NCBI GenBank assembly: GCA_029560215.1
Contig: JAKPZB010000078.1
Coordinates: forward strand, 1-48,142
Length of the DNA stretch: 48,142 nt
From: Methanobacteriota archaeon
Lineage (GTDB): Archaea > Thermoplasmatota > Thermoplasmata > Methanomassiliicoccales > UBA472
Reading direction: 5' to 3'
The notes beneath the pieces were generated by a model. The model worked only from the letters and a program-made list of their open reading frames with translations, was not told the origin of the DNA and did not search any database. Position numbers and translations under genes: made by a program. Shown piece after piece: positions 9,540 to 19,218 of this stretch. The first letter of the stretch is position 1. Every line of letters starts with the position of its first letter.

Positions 9540-10502
9540 ATGCCAATGTCCTTCAATTCCTACTTTGCCGGGGGCCCCACGCCAAAGTTCAACGCCTATC
9601 ACATTTGGAAGGCGCATCAGGTGGTGGCCAAGGAAGGCCCCATCGGCCGGAAGGCCTTGGCCGACCTTCTGCAGATCGGTGAAGGCAGCACCCGGACCAT
9701 CCTAGACAAGATGATGCGGGAGGGCTCCATAGAGAGCTCGCGCCTTGGCATAACCATAACCGAGCGCGGCAAGAGGAAGCTGGACAACTCCGGCGTTGAG
9801 GTCAGGCAGATCGACCTGTCCGATCTTACGCTGGGAAAGTACAACTGCGCCGTGCTCATCAAGGGCGCGGCGGAACGGGTGAACCTGGGCTGCGAGCAGC
9901 GGGACGAGGCGGTGCGGGCGGGAGCGATCGGGGCGACCACCCTGGTGGTCCACAATTCTCGGATCGTGTTCCCGGGGGACGAGGAGTTCCCGGACCAATC
10001 GCTGGTGGCCCCTTTGAGGAACTATTTCCGCATGGACGACGGCGACGTGATCATCATCGGCTCCGCCTTCAGCTATGAAGCGGCGGAGAAGGGCGCGGTG
10101 ACCGCCGCCCTTTCGCTCGGGAACCTTTCCCGCCGATGCTGGAACGAGGGCACGAACATCTTGAGCCAGGATACCGAGGCGGACGATCTCCGGTGCCTGG
10201 CCCTGGCCATTCACGAGCTTCTCGGCCGCCTACCGGTCACCATGCGCTCCAAGAACCACCCGGGCGTCCGATGCGAGGATGGCGAGGTCATCGACATTCA
10301 TTTCACCGGGCCCATGTTGGAGGAGTCCATGAAGAAGGGCATGGTCATACGCCGGACATCCACCAGCGGTCCGTACCGCGGATTGCCCATCATCGCCGTC
10401 CCCATCATGCGCAAGAAGGAGGCCATAGCCTCCATCGCCACCATGGACCTGGGGAAGGCCACGCCGTCGGAGCTGCTGAGCCGGTTGGCCGAGCGGTCCT
10501 AG
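9540..10502 (+). CDS. Putative transcriptional regulator: N-terminal winged HTH (CggR/DUF4443-like) fused to a C-terminal DUF2111-like domain
   Basis: GPIGRKALADLLQIGEGSTRTILDKM HTH; QRDEAVRAGAIGATTL; C-terminal LALAIHELLGRLPVTMRSKNHPGVRCEDG..TGPMLE..GPYRGLPIIAVPI. Confidence 0.82.
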   Translation: MPMSFNSYFAGGPTPKFNAYHIWKAHQVVAKEGPIGRKALADLLQIGEGSTRTILDKMMREGSIESSRLGITITERGKRKLDNSGVEVRQIDLSDLTLGKYNCAVLIKGAAERVNLGCEQRDEAVRAGAIGATTLVVHNSRIVFPGDEEFPDQSLVAPLRNYFRMDDGDVIIIGSAFSYEAAEKGAVTAALSLGNLSRRCWNEGTNILSQDTEADDLRCLALAIHELLGRLPVTMRSKNHPGVRCEDGEVIDIHFTGPMLEESMKKGMVIRRTSTSGPYRGLPIIAVPIMRKKEAIASIATMDLGKATPSELLSRLAERS

Positions 10503-12331
10503 AAGTAGTACCAGATGCTGCGGTACCGCTCCGGGTCCTCGCCCCTCTCGGCCAGGGCGGCCAGGAAGTCCGCGATGGGAACGTCGCGGTGCACGTAGGT
10601 GGGGGCCACGGCGATGTTCTTCTCCCAGGGATGAAACTCATAGACCCTTTCGCCCCGGGGGGTCAGTGATATCAGGTCGTGATGCTGCCAGGCGCGCAAG
10701 TGGTTCTTTCCCAGGGCGGGAATGTTGAAGACCGGTTCGTCGGTCCGGCTGAGCCCGGGAAGCAGCCTGGCCTCTTCCTTCCGTTCCTGCAGCAGCCGGG
10801 CGATGGGCACCCGGTACTCGGCCGTCTCCTCCTTACCCTTGGCGTTGAAGGTGTAGTATGGGTCGATCCCGATCTCCTTCAGCGTCGAGCGCAGCGCCAC
10901 CGTCTCGAAGCGCCGGCAGTTCTCCATGGTGAAGACCTGCTGGTTGTACACGGATATGCCCAGTCGGCGCAGGTCGCGGACCGCGGCGGCCGCTTCCGGG
11001 GTGATCTCGTAAGGATGTTCGAAATGGGTGACCAGGGCCAATTCTCGCTTCGGGGGGTCCTGTACCTCCGCCAACCCCTCCAGGAAGCCGTGGTCGATCC
11101 TCATCGGCAGCACCGCCGGCACCCTGGTCCCCAGCCGCAGCCGTTTGATATGGGGAATGGCCGCCAGCCTTTTGAGGAGGCGACGTAACTGAGTGTTCGC
11201 CAGCATGGCGGGGTCCCCTCCGGTGATGAGCACCTCGCTGACCGCCGGATGCTCCTCGAACCACCGCAGCGCCGCCTCGATCTTCTCGGGAGGGGCCATG
11301 GCGTCCTCGGACAGGACGCCTTCGATCTCCCAGTTCCTCTGGCAGTAAACGCAGATCTGGGCGCAGGTGTTGTAAGGTTTGAATATGGCTATCATGGGAT
11401 AGCGCCTGGTAACCAGGTCCACTGGCGAGGTCTGGCCTTCCATCATGAAGTCCAGGCTGGCCGAGGGGTCCGACCTGGACCTGAGGACCGCTCGCACATA
11501 GCTCAGCGGGGGAATGACCTGGGCGCGCACGGCGTGGTCCCATTTCCGCGAGGGCTCCCGGTCCATGAGCGAGAGGTAGTACGGGGTGATGCCGAAGGGG
11601 ATGCGGTTCTCGGAACAGAGGGTTATCGCCTGGCGCTCCTTGTCGGTGAGCTCGATCAGGTCGCCGATCACGTCCGGGGTCAGCATGACATTCCTCATCT
11701 GCCACACATAATCGTTCCAGTCGTCCATGTCGGCGCCCAGGTATTCCGTTATCCGGTTGCGGTTCTCGCGCCGCCTTTGGATCGCCCAAGGTTCCAGTCC
11801 GCTGGGATACCTGACCGTCCATTCGGCCACCGCCCCCGCCATTCCGTCCAGGTAATCCGAGCGCACGCGTCCCCCTTCCTGACCGCCGAGCGCGGTGAAG
11901 TCCGGAGCCTCCTGAAGCTCCAGCACCGGTTCTCCGGTGGTGCCCCTCATGATGTGGATGATGTCCTGTACGAAGGCTTGGCTCGCGCCCTCAAGGGAAC
12001 CCTGGGAGATGTCGAATAGAACCTGGAGAACGGATTCGCCGCTCACTCTCTCGTTTCGGGGAGACAGGAAGTTGCGCATCACCCGGATGCAATGCAGGGA
12101 GTTGGACCGTTCCAGGGCGTGGATGCGGCAATCCCTGGAATGCAACGCGGATTCCCTTTCCCTTAGCAGATCGAACACCGCGGCACGGGCAGACCTTAGG
12201 TCCTCGGCGGGACCCAGCGCGTCATGCAGCTGGGGATCGGTCGCCCATAACACGGTCTGTCCGATATCCTTGTTCTCGCTCCCGCCCTCGGCGGAAGCTT
12301 TCGCTGGGGTTCTCGTGTTGCGCATGACCAT
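10499..12331 (-). CDS. KamA-family radical SAM aminomutase with a long N-terminal extension
   Basis: DWNDYVWQMRN, PFGITPYYLSL, VTRRYP, CAQICVYCQR (CX3CX2C), EVLITGGDP, RLGTRVPAVLPMRI, THFEHPYEIT. Confidence 0.88.
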   Translation of the reverse strand: MVMRNTRTPAKASAEGGSENKDIGQTVLWATDPQLHDALGPAEDLRSARAAVFDLLRERESALHSRDCRIHALERSNSLHCIRVMRNFLSPRNERVSGESVLQVLFDISQGSLEGASQAFVQDIIHIMRGTTGEPVLELQEAPDFTALGGQEGGRVRSDYLDGMAGAVAEWTVRYPSGLEPWAIQRRRENRNRITEYLGADMDDWNDYVWQMRNVMLTPDVIGDLIELTDKERQAITLCSENRIPFGITPYYLSLMDREPSRKWDHAVRAQVIPPLSYVRAVLRSRSDPSASLDFMMEGQTSPVDLVTRRYPMIAIFKPYNTCAQICVYCQRNWEIEGVLSEDAMAPPEKIEAALRWFEEHPAVSEVLITGGDPAMLANTQLRRLLKRLAAIPHIKRLRLGTRVPAVLPMRIDHGFLEGLAEVQDPPKRELALVTHFEHPYEITPEAAAAVRDLRRLGISVYNQQVFTMENCRRFETVALRSTLKEIGIDPYYTFNAKGKEETAEYRVPIARLLQERKEEARLLPGLSRTDEPVFNIPALGKNHLRAWQHHDLISLTPRGERVYEFHPWEKNIAVAPTYVHRDVPIADFLAALAERGEDPERYRSIWYYF

Positions 12332-12466
12332 ACCTCGCCGCCCTAACCGAACCGAAAAAGTGACCGTCCCGCAGCGCGACGTTCATTATTAGAGGCTCAT
12401 CTTACTTATCATTTCCCCCGCCGACGGGGCATACGATTATCTGGACCCATGCCGATGCGGGGGGGA

Positions 12467-12808
12467 ATGCCCGAAGAAACGGAACTCCCGCTCCAGGCCA
12501 CGGTCAAGGTCGACCCTGGCGTCTGCCGGCTTCACAGCACCATCCAGGCCCGCACCGACGGGATGCTGGTGGAGTTCGAGGTCCTGCACAGCGACTGCCC
12601 GCAGGTGAGCGACCTTAAGAAGGTCCTGAAGCGGGTGGAGATCTGGGACGTCATGAAGATGCCTTACTCCGAGAACGCCGTCTATCAGATGTGCGGAGAG
12701 GTGCTCAGGCACTCCTCCTGCCCGGTGCCCATGGCCATGATCAAATGCGCCGAGGCCGCGGCGGAACTGGCGCTCAAGAGGACGGTGACCGTGGAGTTCG
12801 TTCCCTGA
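12467..12808 (+). CDS. Small Cys-containing conserved protein (DUF6951-like)
   Basis: VDPGVC, SDCP, HSSCPVP..IKCAE pattern. Confidence 0.7.
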   Translation: MPEETELPLQATVKVDPGVCRLHSTIQARTDGMLVEFEVLHSDCPQVSDLKKVLKRVEIWDVMKMPYSENAVYQMCGEVLRHSSCPVPMAMIKCAEAAAELALKRTVTVEFVP

Positions 12809-13102
12809 TCATTCAGACAGCAGCTTGTCGATGGAGGGCATGCCGACCGCCGCGCTCGGTCCGGCCAGGTACATGGCCACGAACAGGGATTCCCGGATCT
12901 CGTCCTTGGTCGCCCCGGCCTCCATGGCCTTCTTGGCGTGCAACTTGAAGCATTCGTCGCATTTGAGCACGGCGGTGACGGCGATCGCGATGAGCTCCTT
13001 CTCCTTGAAGCTCAGCTTGTTGTCCTTGAAGACCTCGTTCTTGAAGCGATACATGGCGCGAATGACTTCGGGCTGCTGCTCGGCCATCTGTTCCAGGCTC
13101 AT
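12809..13102 (-). CDS. Carboxymuconolactone decarboxylase / AhpD family protein
   Basis: KEKELIAIAV..LKCDECFKLHAKKAMEAGATKDEIRE. Confidence 0.9.
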   Translation of the reverse strand: MSLEQMAEQQPEVIRAMYRFKNEVFKDNKLSFKEKELIAIAVTAVLKCDECFKLHAKKAMEAGATKDEIRESLFVAMYLAGPSAAVGMPSIDKLLSE

Positions 13103-13181
13103 GGACCTTGAATCGCCTAGCAGGGATATTAACGATTGCGGAGAAACAACCTTTTTCTAACCACAGGGCATTAGGGTCGGC

Positions 13182-13724
13182 GTGCAACCAGAGGAGAGAG
13201 CGGTCGAGATCATCAAAGGCATGACCGGCACCCGGCTGGCCTTCCTGCTCAGCCCGGAGGTCATCGCGGCTGTCCAGAGGATCGAGGACAGCATCAAGTC
13301 CCAGATAGGCCTGGACGTGGTGAACGAGGGGGTCAACCAGTGCCTCCGCAGGCAGCATGTCATCTGCGTGATCAAGGACACCCGATTCCGCCCTCCGCCC
13401 GAACCGACCGTCCTCATGATGGGCGACACGGACCTGGTCATCGGGACCGAGATCCTTCCCGGAGAGCATTCCCGATACAAGGAGATGGACAACATCTGCT
13501 GGCTGGGCGACGACTTCGTGGTCTTCACGGACAAGGTGCCCAAGTCCAAGGAGTTCTTCCTGATGCCCCCGGTATCGTTCCCGGAGCTGGAACAGGTCCC
13601 CGGAGCCACGAACATAGTGTCCTGCAGCCCTTCCCCGCTGGGGGACATGATCATCAAGAACTACTACGAGCTTGAGGACAACCCGAAGCTGGCCAGCATA
13701 TTGGTCGGCTTCGACCTGTCCTGA
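13182..13724 (+). CDS. Conserved hypothetical protein (paralog of 6638-7201)
   Basis: GTG start; FRPPPEPTV and FFLMPPVSFPELE..IVSCSPS; followed by a T-tract terminator. Confidence 0.8.
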   Translation: MQPEERAVEIIKGMTGTRLAFLLSPEVIAAVQRIEDSIKSQIGLDVVNEGVNQCLRRQHVICVIKDTRFRPPPEPTVLMMGDTDLVIGTEILPGEHSRYKEMDNICWLGDDFVVFTDKVPKSKEFFLMPPVSFPELEQVPGATNIVSCSPSPLGDMIIKNYYELEDNPKLASILVGFDLS

Positions 13725-13810
13725 TCTTTTTCCTTTTTACATTCGACCGCGGAAGGACGGTCGTCCACACATTTTTTTAAAAAAAGAGAGAAAAGGTAAA
13801 GGGTTTGTTC
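13725..13810. terminator. Bidirectional oligo-T terminator region (end of the mcr-DUF2098 transcript and of the convergent gene)
   Basis: TCTTTTTCCTTTTT on +; AAACCCTTTACCTTTTCTCTCTTTTTTT on -. Confidence 0.65.
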
Positions 13811-13819
13811 TTGGCGAAC

Positions 13820-14089
13820 TCAACCGCCCCCGCTCGGGGTGATGGTCGAGATGTCGGCCTCCACGTCCTTGGAGAGACCTTGCATCTGGCCCAGCACCAC
13901 CGTCCGGGTCCGCTCCTTGTAGGAGGTCCGCTTGTACTCGTCCGCCGAAGCGGGGTCCAGGAGACTGGTGACGTACCAGAGGCTGTAGGTGTCGAGCAGA
14001 GCCCATTCCATCCCGTCGCGCTCTCGCACTTCCAGTATCTTTCCCACCGTCCCGGTGACCCTGTACTTCGCGATATCTCCTACTTGCAT
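13820..14089 (-). CDS. DUF2098 family protein, co-transcribed with mcrA
   Basis: VGDIAKYRVTGTVGKI..WALLD..LWY..L and a C-terminal SGGG; starts 8 bp after the mcrA stop. Confidence 0.82.
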   Translation of the reverse strand: MQVGDIAKYRVTGTVGKILEVRERDGMEWALLDTYSLWYVTSLLDPASADEYKRTSYKERTRTVVLGQMQGLSKDVEADISTITPSGGG

Positions 14090-14097
14090 TGGACACC

Positions 14098-15762
14098 TTA
14101 CTTGGCGGGGATGATGGCGGTCCTCTCACCCATGGGCACGAACTCCCTGAGGCAGCCGCGACCGAACTCCTTGGTAATGTTCGCGAAGTCGAACGGGAGG
14201 TTCTTGTCGGCGAATGCGATCTTGATCAGGGGGCTGCACACGTAGGCGTCTCCGCGAGCCGCGTGGGGAGCCATGGCGATACCGGCGTATCCGCTCAGGT
14301 GACCCACGTTCATGGCGTAGTTCGGGAAGTTCGGACCGCGCAGCTCGTGCGGCAGACCCTCGTCGCTCCGGTAGGAGAACGAGTTGGACGCACCGCACAT
14401 GTCCTGCAGGTCGTATCCGTAGAACCCGAGCCTTCCGAGCCTCTCACGGTGCTGGTACATGGATAGGTACCAGGCATTGACACCCGCGTTGGCGTTACCA
14501 GTGGCCATGGCCACACCGATGCCGGTGGCGGCCGCAGCGACGGTCGCCCTCTGGGACCCACCGAAGTGGGCTTCCATGGCGGCCGGGTAGCGCTCGTACA
14601 TCTCCAGGGCGTAGGAGTTGATCTCGGACCCGAGCTTCTCGATCAGCTCAGTGGAGGGCTTGCTCTTGCAGAACCCGCCGTACTTGTCCTTGATGTGGTC
14701 CACGGCCCAGTAGGTGTAGTCCTCCAGGATGTCGTCGGTGTAGGCGGCGGTGGCGTACTGAGTGAACCCGACACCTCCGGACATGTAGGATCCGAGGTAT
14801 ATCTGGTCGAACACCACTGCACCCAAAGCGACAGTTTCCAGGGAGGCCCTGGCGGGGTCGTCCGGCTTGGTCCTGGTGCTCTGGACCATATCGGCCAGCA
14901 CACCGAACGGAATTCCACCGGGCTCGTTGGGGCCCCTGGCCCTCCTGGCGGGCATCATGGTACCCATCTCCACCACTGCGGCGTGCTTGGCGGCGAAGGC
15001 GAAGTCGGCGATCGCGGCTTCACCGGCGGCCAGCCGGTACGCGGTGATGAAGGCCATGGAGATCTGCATCGCAGAGTGCCTGGAGATCGTACCACCGTCG
15101 CACACGCGTCCGACGATGGACGGAACACGGACGACCTGCCACAGCTTCTTGCCGACAGCGGCCTTCAGCTGCTTGGCCTGGTCCGCGGGGAACTCCTTGT
15201 TGATGTCAATGACGAAGCACTTGTCGATCTCGTCGATCAGCTCGTCGTCGCCAGAGAACACCTTGACGTAGGAGTCCTTCACGATCTCAGGGCAAAGCTC
15301 GGCCATGTGCTCCTGAACCACTGCGCCGCCTGGCATGGTGTGGTTGACAGCTTCCAGGTAGCGGTTGATGGTCTCGGGGGTGACCTCCTTCGACAGCCTC
15401 TTCTCGATAACGTTGTGCGCGACATCCAGACCGACGATGACGGTCCTGCGGATATCATCCCAGGCCTGCTGCATCGCAGCGTTGTTGACCCAGTGCAGGT
15501 CATCGGCCTCGCCATAGATGTCCGTGTGGGACAGCTGGTAGGGCATCAAGACACGCTGGCCGAGAGCCACACCAATATCCTGGTTCATCATGGGGATCCC
15601 ACGGGCCTTGGCAATCTTGTTGGACTGCTCAACCCACTCCCGCTTCCTCTTCGACTGTCTCCAGCCTCCGTAGGAATAGTGCTTGGAGCGGACCTCCGTG
15701 GGGTCCTCCTTGAACTTCTTCTTCATGGCGGCGATGAACATCTTGTCCTTTTCCTTCGCCAT
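14098..15762 (-). CDS. mcrA: Methyl-coenzyme M reductase alpha subunit
   Basis: [82 protein letters not shown]. Confidence 0.99.
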   Translation of the reverse strand: MAKEKDKMFIAAMKKKFKEDPTEVRSKHYSYGGWRQSKRKREWVEQSNKIAKARGIPMMNQDIGVALGQRVLMPYQLSHTDIYGEADDLHWVNNAAMQQAWDDIRRTVIVGLDVAHNVIEKRLSKEVTPETINRYLEAVNHTMPGGAVVQEHMAELCPEIVKDSYVKVFSGDDELIDEIDKCFVIDINKEFPADQAKQLKAAVGKKLWQVVRVPSIVGRVCDGGTISRHSAMQISMAFITAYRLAAGEAAIADFAFAAKHAAVVEMGTMMPARRARGPNEPGGIPFGVLADMVQSTRTKPDDPARASLETVALGAVVFDQIYLGSYMSGGVGFTQYATAAYTDDILEDYTYWAVDHIKDKYGGFCKSKPSTELIEKLGSEINSYALEMYERYPAAMEAHFGGSQRATVAAAATGIGVAMATGNANAGVNAWYLSMYQHRERLGRLGFYGYDLQDMCGASNSFSYRSDEGLPHELRGPNFPNYAMNVGHLSGYAGIAMAPHAARGDAYVCSPLIKIAFADKNLPFDFANITKEFGRGCLREFVPMGERTAIIPAK

Positions 15763-15764
15763 AT

Positions 15765-16547
15765 TTAGTCCTCCTTAACATCGAAGGGCTTGAAGCCGCA
15801 CTTGGTCCTCAAGGTGTGGATCCTGAGGTTCTGCCTCATGACCTCCTCGTCCTCCCTCATGTCCACGCCGTCGGCGCGGAACATGGTGGTGTGCTCCTTC
15901 AACCACTTCTCGGGCATCGGCTTTCCGACCGCGACCGGCTTGTCCAGCGGGACACCGACCTGGTCCTTCACGTACTCGACCTCGCCCTTCTTCGCGTTCC
16001 ACCGGAACCTCTGCCAGGCGTCGAACATCATTCCGTTCTCGTCCAGCCTGACGGCGTGTCCGTGCACGGTCGCGCCTCTGATACCGGTTCTGGCGGTATC
16101 GAAGGTCTCGCCATCGATGAGTTCCTTGGCCACCTTTTCGACGTCCCTCTCCCTCATCTCGATGATCTGCCTTCCGGACAGGGTACCAGTGTCAATTCCC
16201 CGGTATCTGCACATGTACATCTGCGCCCTCACATACGGGACGATGGGGGCCCAGTACACGGAGTCAGTGAACTGAACGTACCTGATCCTGTCTCCCTTCT
16301 TCGCACCCTCCATGGGCTCGACCAAGGCCCGGATCGGGCAGTCGGGCTCGTTACCCTCGGCCAGCGGCGCGTGGATGGTGGCGTAGTCGGAACCGGGGAC
16401 ACGGTGTCCCAGGATCTTGACCACATCGTCCATCGGAATGTCGCGCAGCTTCTCCAGCTTGACGCTGGAGTCCATGAAGCGTCTGCGGTTCTTGGCGGGC
16501 AGGGTGTTGCCAGGATAGAGTTGTGCCTTGTACTTTGTCTTAGCCAT
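15765..16547 (-). CDS. mcrG: Methyl-coenzyme M reductase gamma subunit
   Basis: [55 protein letters not shown]. Confidence 0.99.
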   Translation of the reverse strand: MAKTKYKAQLYPGNTLPAKNRRRFMDSSVKLEKLRDIPMDDVVKILGHRVPGSDYATIHAPLAEGNEPDCPIRALVEPMEGAKKGDRIRYVQFTDSVYWAPIVPYVRAQMYMCRYRGIDTGTLSGRQIIEMRERDVEKVAKELIDGETFDTARTGIRGATVHGHAVRLDENGMMFDAWQRFRWNAKKGEVEYVKDQVGVPLDKPVAVGKPMPEKWLKEHTTMFRADGVDMREDEEVMRQNLRIHTLRTKCGFKPFDVKED

Positions 16548-16548
16548 G

Positions 16549-16971
16549 TTATTTCACCAATCCTTTATTGTAGTCTGTAGTAGTTGGCTTGAACTTGTTG
16601 TAGCGACCTACCTCCAGAGTGAAACTGAAGGGTAGCACTTCCTTGCATACCTCCTCGATGTCCTTGAGAGCCTGGGGCACAAAGTCGATGTCGGCGATCT
16701 CGACGAAAACCCGACCGACCTGTATCTTAAGCTCTATGTCCTCCCCTCTGACCTTGATCTTCCTTCGTTCCGGATGGTTTACCGGACCGCCAGTGCCCGG
16801 ACCGGCCTTGATGACTGCGGGCAGGCCCTCGCCCTGGATGTTGATCTGCCTGACGTTCTTCACGGCGTACAGCTTGTTCAGCAGCACCTCCGTGGTGGAA
16901 GCCATCAGCAACCTCTCGGGGAATATCTGGATCTCGGGTAGGGGGACTCCCTCGAAGGCAGGCGTACTCAT
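16549..16971 (-). CDS. mcrD: Methyl-coenzyme M reductase operon protein D
   Basis: [43 protein letters not shown]. Confidence 0.95.
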   Translation of the reverse strand: MSTPAFEGVPLPEIQIFPERLLMASTTEVLLNKLYAVKNVRQINIQGEGLPAVIKAGPGTGGPVNHPERRKIKVRGEDIELKIQVGRVFVEIADIDFVPQALKDIEEVCKEVLPFSFTLEVGRYNKFKPTTTDYNKGLVK

Positions 16972-16973
16972 GT

Positions 16974-18302
16974 TCAGACCAGCTCCTTCAGTTTCTTGGC
17001 CTCCTTGCCTACCATCTTCATCGGGCTCTTGAACTCCGGGATCTCGCCGAAGATCTCCTTGAACACCAGGGAGGTGTTCTCAGCGCTGAAGTACTGGGTA
17101 CCAGCATCCAGAGCGCATCCGGCGGCGATGACGGGGATTACAGTGCCCTTCGCATGCCTAGTAACCACGTGGTTCCCGTGGAACAGTCCCGGACCGCCAC
17201 CACCATAGATGGAGTGGCTGAAGAAGGACATACCGACGGAAGTACCCATGGCCCTGCCGTAGTCTACACCGGGCAGGCTGGTCTCGTGCTCGATCAGGTC
17301 GTTGTAGTACAGAATGGTGGACGGAACACCCTGAGCGGCCCTTGCGGCGCCGATGTTCACGCAGATCGCGGCCAGCATACCAGCGGACACGTACGCGTTC
17401 CACAGCGGGAAGTCGTTGGTGGTGTACTCAACGAATCCGGAGGGGAACTTCTTTCCCTTCTTGATGACCTTGTCCTCTAAGGCCCTGCCGACAACGGAGG
17501 CAACGACGTCACCGACGGTGCCGGTCTTGCCGTTCTCCTTGACCCAGCTGTAGACCATGTTGTTGGCGTTCAGGCCCTGATAGGCCAGGGACAACAGGTG
17601 CTGCCTCTCGAAGTTGCCGATCGCGTCGCCCATCTCGTAGGCGGCGGCGGTCTCGTAGATAGAGGAGAGAGCGGCGGCGTTCATGGCGTTCCTGCCAGTC
17701 AGCATGACTAGGTGGTTGGCCATGATGTTCCTGAGGGCGTATCCAGTACCCTCGTTCAACTGCGGTACATCGAGAATGGTCTTAAGGTTGGACCCTTGCA
17801 TGTTGATGGTCTGCGGGTATCTGCCCCAGACGGCGGCCTTGACCATGGAAGCTTCGAACATGTTCACGTTGAACTGGTCGATGATTGCCTCGGTCACGGC
17901 GGCGGCAACGGTGGTGAACCCAGTGGTGTACTCGGCACCGGCGTCCATCCTGACGGACGGAACGGTGACGATCATCCTCTTGCCGTCAGCCATCGTCTCG
18001 ATCTTGGAGTCGTCGTCCTTGGCGGCCTTGACGATGTCAGCGATCCTCTTCTTCAACTTATCAGCGTTCGCCACGATAGCGAGGTCCAGGCTCCTGCCGG
18101 GAACATTCAATCCGCCAACCGCTCCGGTCTTGAGACCCTTCTCAATACCTTCGAGGTTGACAGCGATCGTTCTCTTCGTCAGAGAGATGGTTCGCTTAAT
18201 GGCGGCGTTGTTTAACGGACTCAATGCGTCGAGAGGCACGTCCTTTTCAATCAATTTGCCTCTGTCGTCATACAAGTCCACCTTGTCCTTGTATTTTGCC
18301 AT
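16974..18302 (-). CDS. mcrB: Methyl-coenzyme M reductase beta subunit
   Basis: [69 protein letters not shown]. Confidence 0.99.
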   Translation of the reverse strand: MAKYKDKVDLYDDRGKLIEKDVPLDALSPLNNAAIKRTISLTKRTIAVNLEGIEKGLKTGAVGGLNVPGRSLDLAIVANADKLKKRIADIVKAAKDDDSKIETMADGKRMIVTVPSVRMDAGAEYTTGFTTVAAAVTEAIIDQFNVNMFEASMVKAAVWGRYPQTINMQGSNLKTILDVPQLNEGTGYALRNIMANHLVMLTGRNAMNAAALSSIYETAAAYEMGDAIGNFERQHLLSLAYQGLNANNMVYSWVKENGKTGTVGDVVASVVGRALEDKVIKKGKKFPSGFVEYTTNDFPLWNAYVSAGMLAAICVNIGAARAAQGVPSTILYYNDLIEHETSLPGVDYGRAMGTSVGMSFFSHSIYGGGGPGLFHGNHVVTRHAKGTVIPVIAAGCALDAGTQYFSAENTSLVFKEIFGEIPEFKSPMKMVGKEAKKLKELV

Positions 18303-18397
18303 TTTTTACCTCCTTTCAATAGCTCGGTCCCCTCAAGCAGACTTACATCAATCCTGAGAAAACCGGTACCCCTTGCGAACTCGACAATGTATAGTTA

Positions 18398-18412
18398 GAA
18401 TATAAGCTTGAT
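18398..18412 (-). promoter_or_regulatory. Putative BRE/TATA of the mcr operon
   Basis: Minus strand ATCAAGCTTATATTC, about 100 bp upstream of the mcrB ATG. Confidence 0.55.
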
Positions 18413-18413
18413 G

Positions 18414-18434
18414 ATGGATGGATAATCCATCCAT
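18414..18434. promoter_or_regulatory. Perfect palindromic operator ATGGATGGAT-A-ATCCATCCAT upstream of the mcr TATA box
   Basis: 21-bp perfect inverted repeat containing TGGATG-N7-CATCCA (18415-18433). Confidence 0.8.
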
Positions 18435-18576
18435 ATTAAACAATAGCTTAATTTTTGTCGCATCCCAGACAAAAATCGTTAAGTTTTAACGTCCTAAAAT
18501 TTTTTAATATTTTTATATTATAATATAATAGCCGCTTCGATTTTTAATTTATTTTCAACGAATGTTATAATAATAT

Positions 18577-19218
18577 TTATCGTTGTTCGCAAACGCCCTT
18601 AATGAATTTGAGGACGGTTATCGCGTCCTCCTTTTTAATATCTCGGTAATTCTCCGCAAAAAATCGGTCGAATGACTCGGCATTTTTATCGCCTACGATC
18701 CGTCGGGCCACCTCGCGGAACGCGGTCACCGTCCGGCGGGGATAGTAGATCGCGCGCATCTCGTTCATTATCCCGGCCCTCTGCTCGGCGTCGATGACGT
18801 CGGCCATCCACGCCTGGTCCAAAAGGATCCGCAGGTTCACCAGCGGTTCGGACAGCGGCTCCATGGTCTCCGGGTCGAACACCAACGCTACCTCGTCATC
18901 CCCCTGGACCTCGCCGTTGGCGTACATCCTGAAGATGTGTCCCACTCCGGTCATACCATAATGTCCCATCTCGGCCGCGCGCAGCGCGCCCATGCTCCCC
19001 CCGCCGATGACCTTCACCTTGCGGTTCAGGAGCGAAAGGATCTCCCGGTGCCCGACCGAGCAGCTCTGCAGGAAAACGCCGTCGATGATGCCGACCACCT
19101 CCACGCCTTCCAGATGCAGCAGGTCCCCCCTCTTCACCGGAGGACGGAAATCCGCGTCGAGCACTTCCCTGGCCTCGGACAGGGGAAGGCTCGGACCAAG
19201 GAACACCACCGGCCTCAT
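18577..19218 (-). CDS. tfuA: TfuA, McrA-glycine thioamidation accessory protein
   Basis: VFLGPSL, PPVKRGD, IIDGVF, HREI, GGGSMGALRAAE, GDDEVAL..LSEPLVN; overlaps the ycaO stop. Confidence 0.94.
   Translation of the reverse strand: MRPVVFLGPSLPLSEAREVLDADFRPPVKRGDLLHLEGVEVVGIIDGVFLQSCSVGHREILSLLNRKVKVIGGGSMGALRAAEMGHYGMTGVGHIFRMYANGEVQGDDEVALVFDPETMEPLSEPLVNLRILLDQAWMADVIDAEQRAGIMNEMRAIYYPRRTVTAFREVARRIVGDKNAESFDRFFAENYRDIKKEDAITVLKFIKGVCEQR

Noticed and set aside
10499..10502. Overlapping or abutting convergent amber stops (CTAG here, CTATAG at 25844-25849)
   Set aside because: Ordinary compact gene packing with no evidence of function.
18440..18580. Very AT-rich stretch as foreign DNA or replication origin
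   Set aside because: Consistent with the upstream region of the mcr promoter plus the tfuA terminator; no ORB-like repeats or cdc6 gene nearby.
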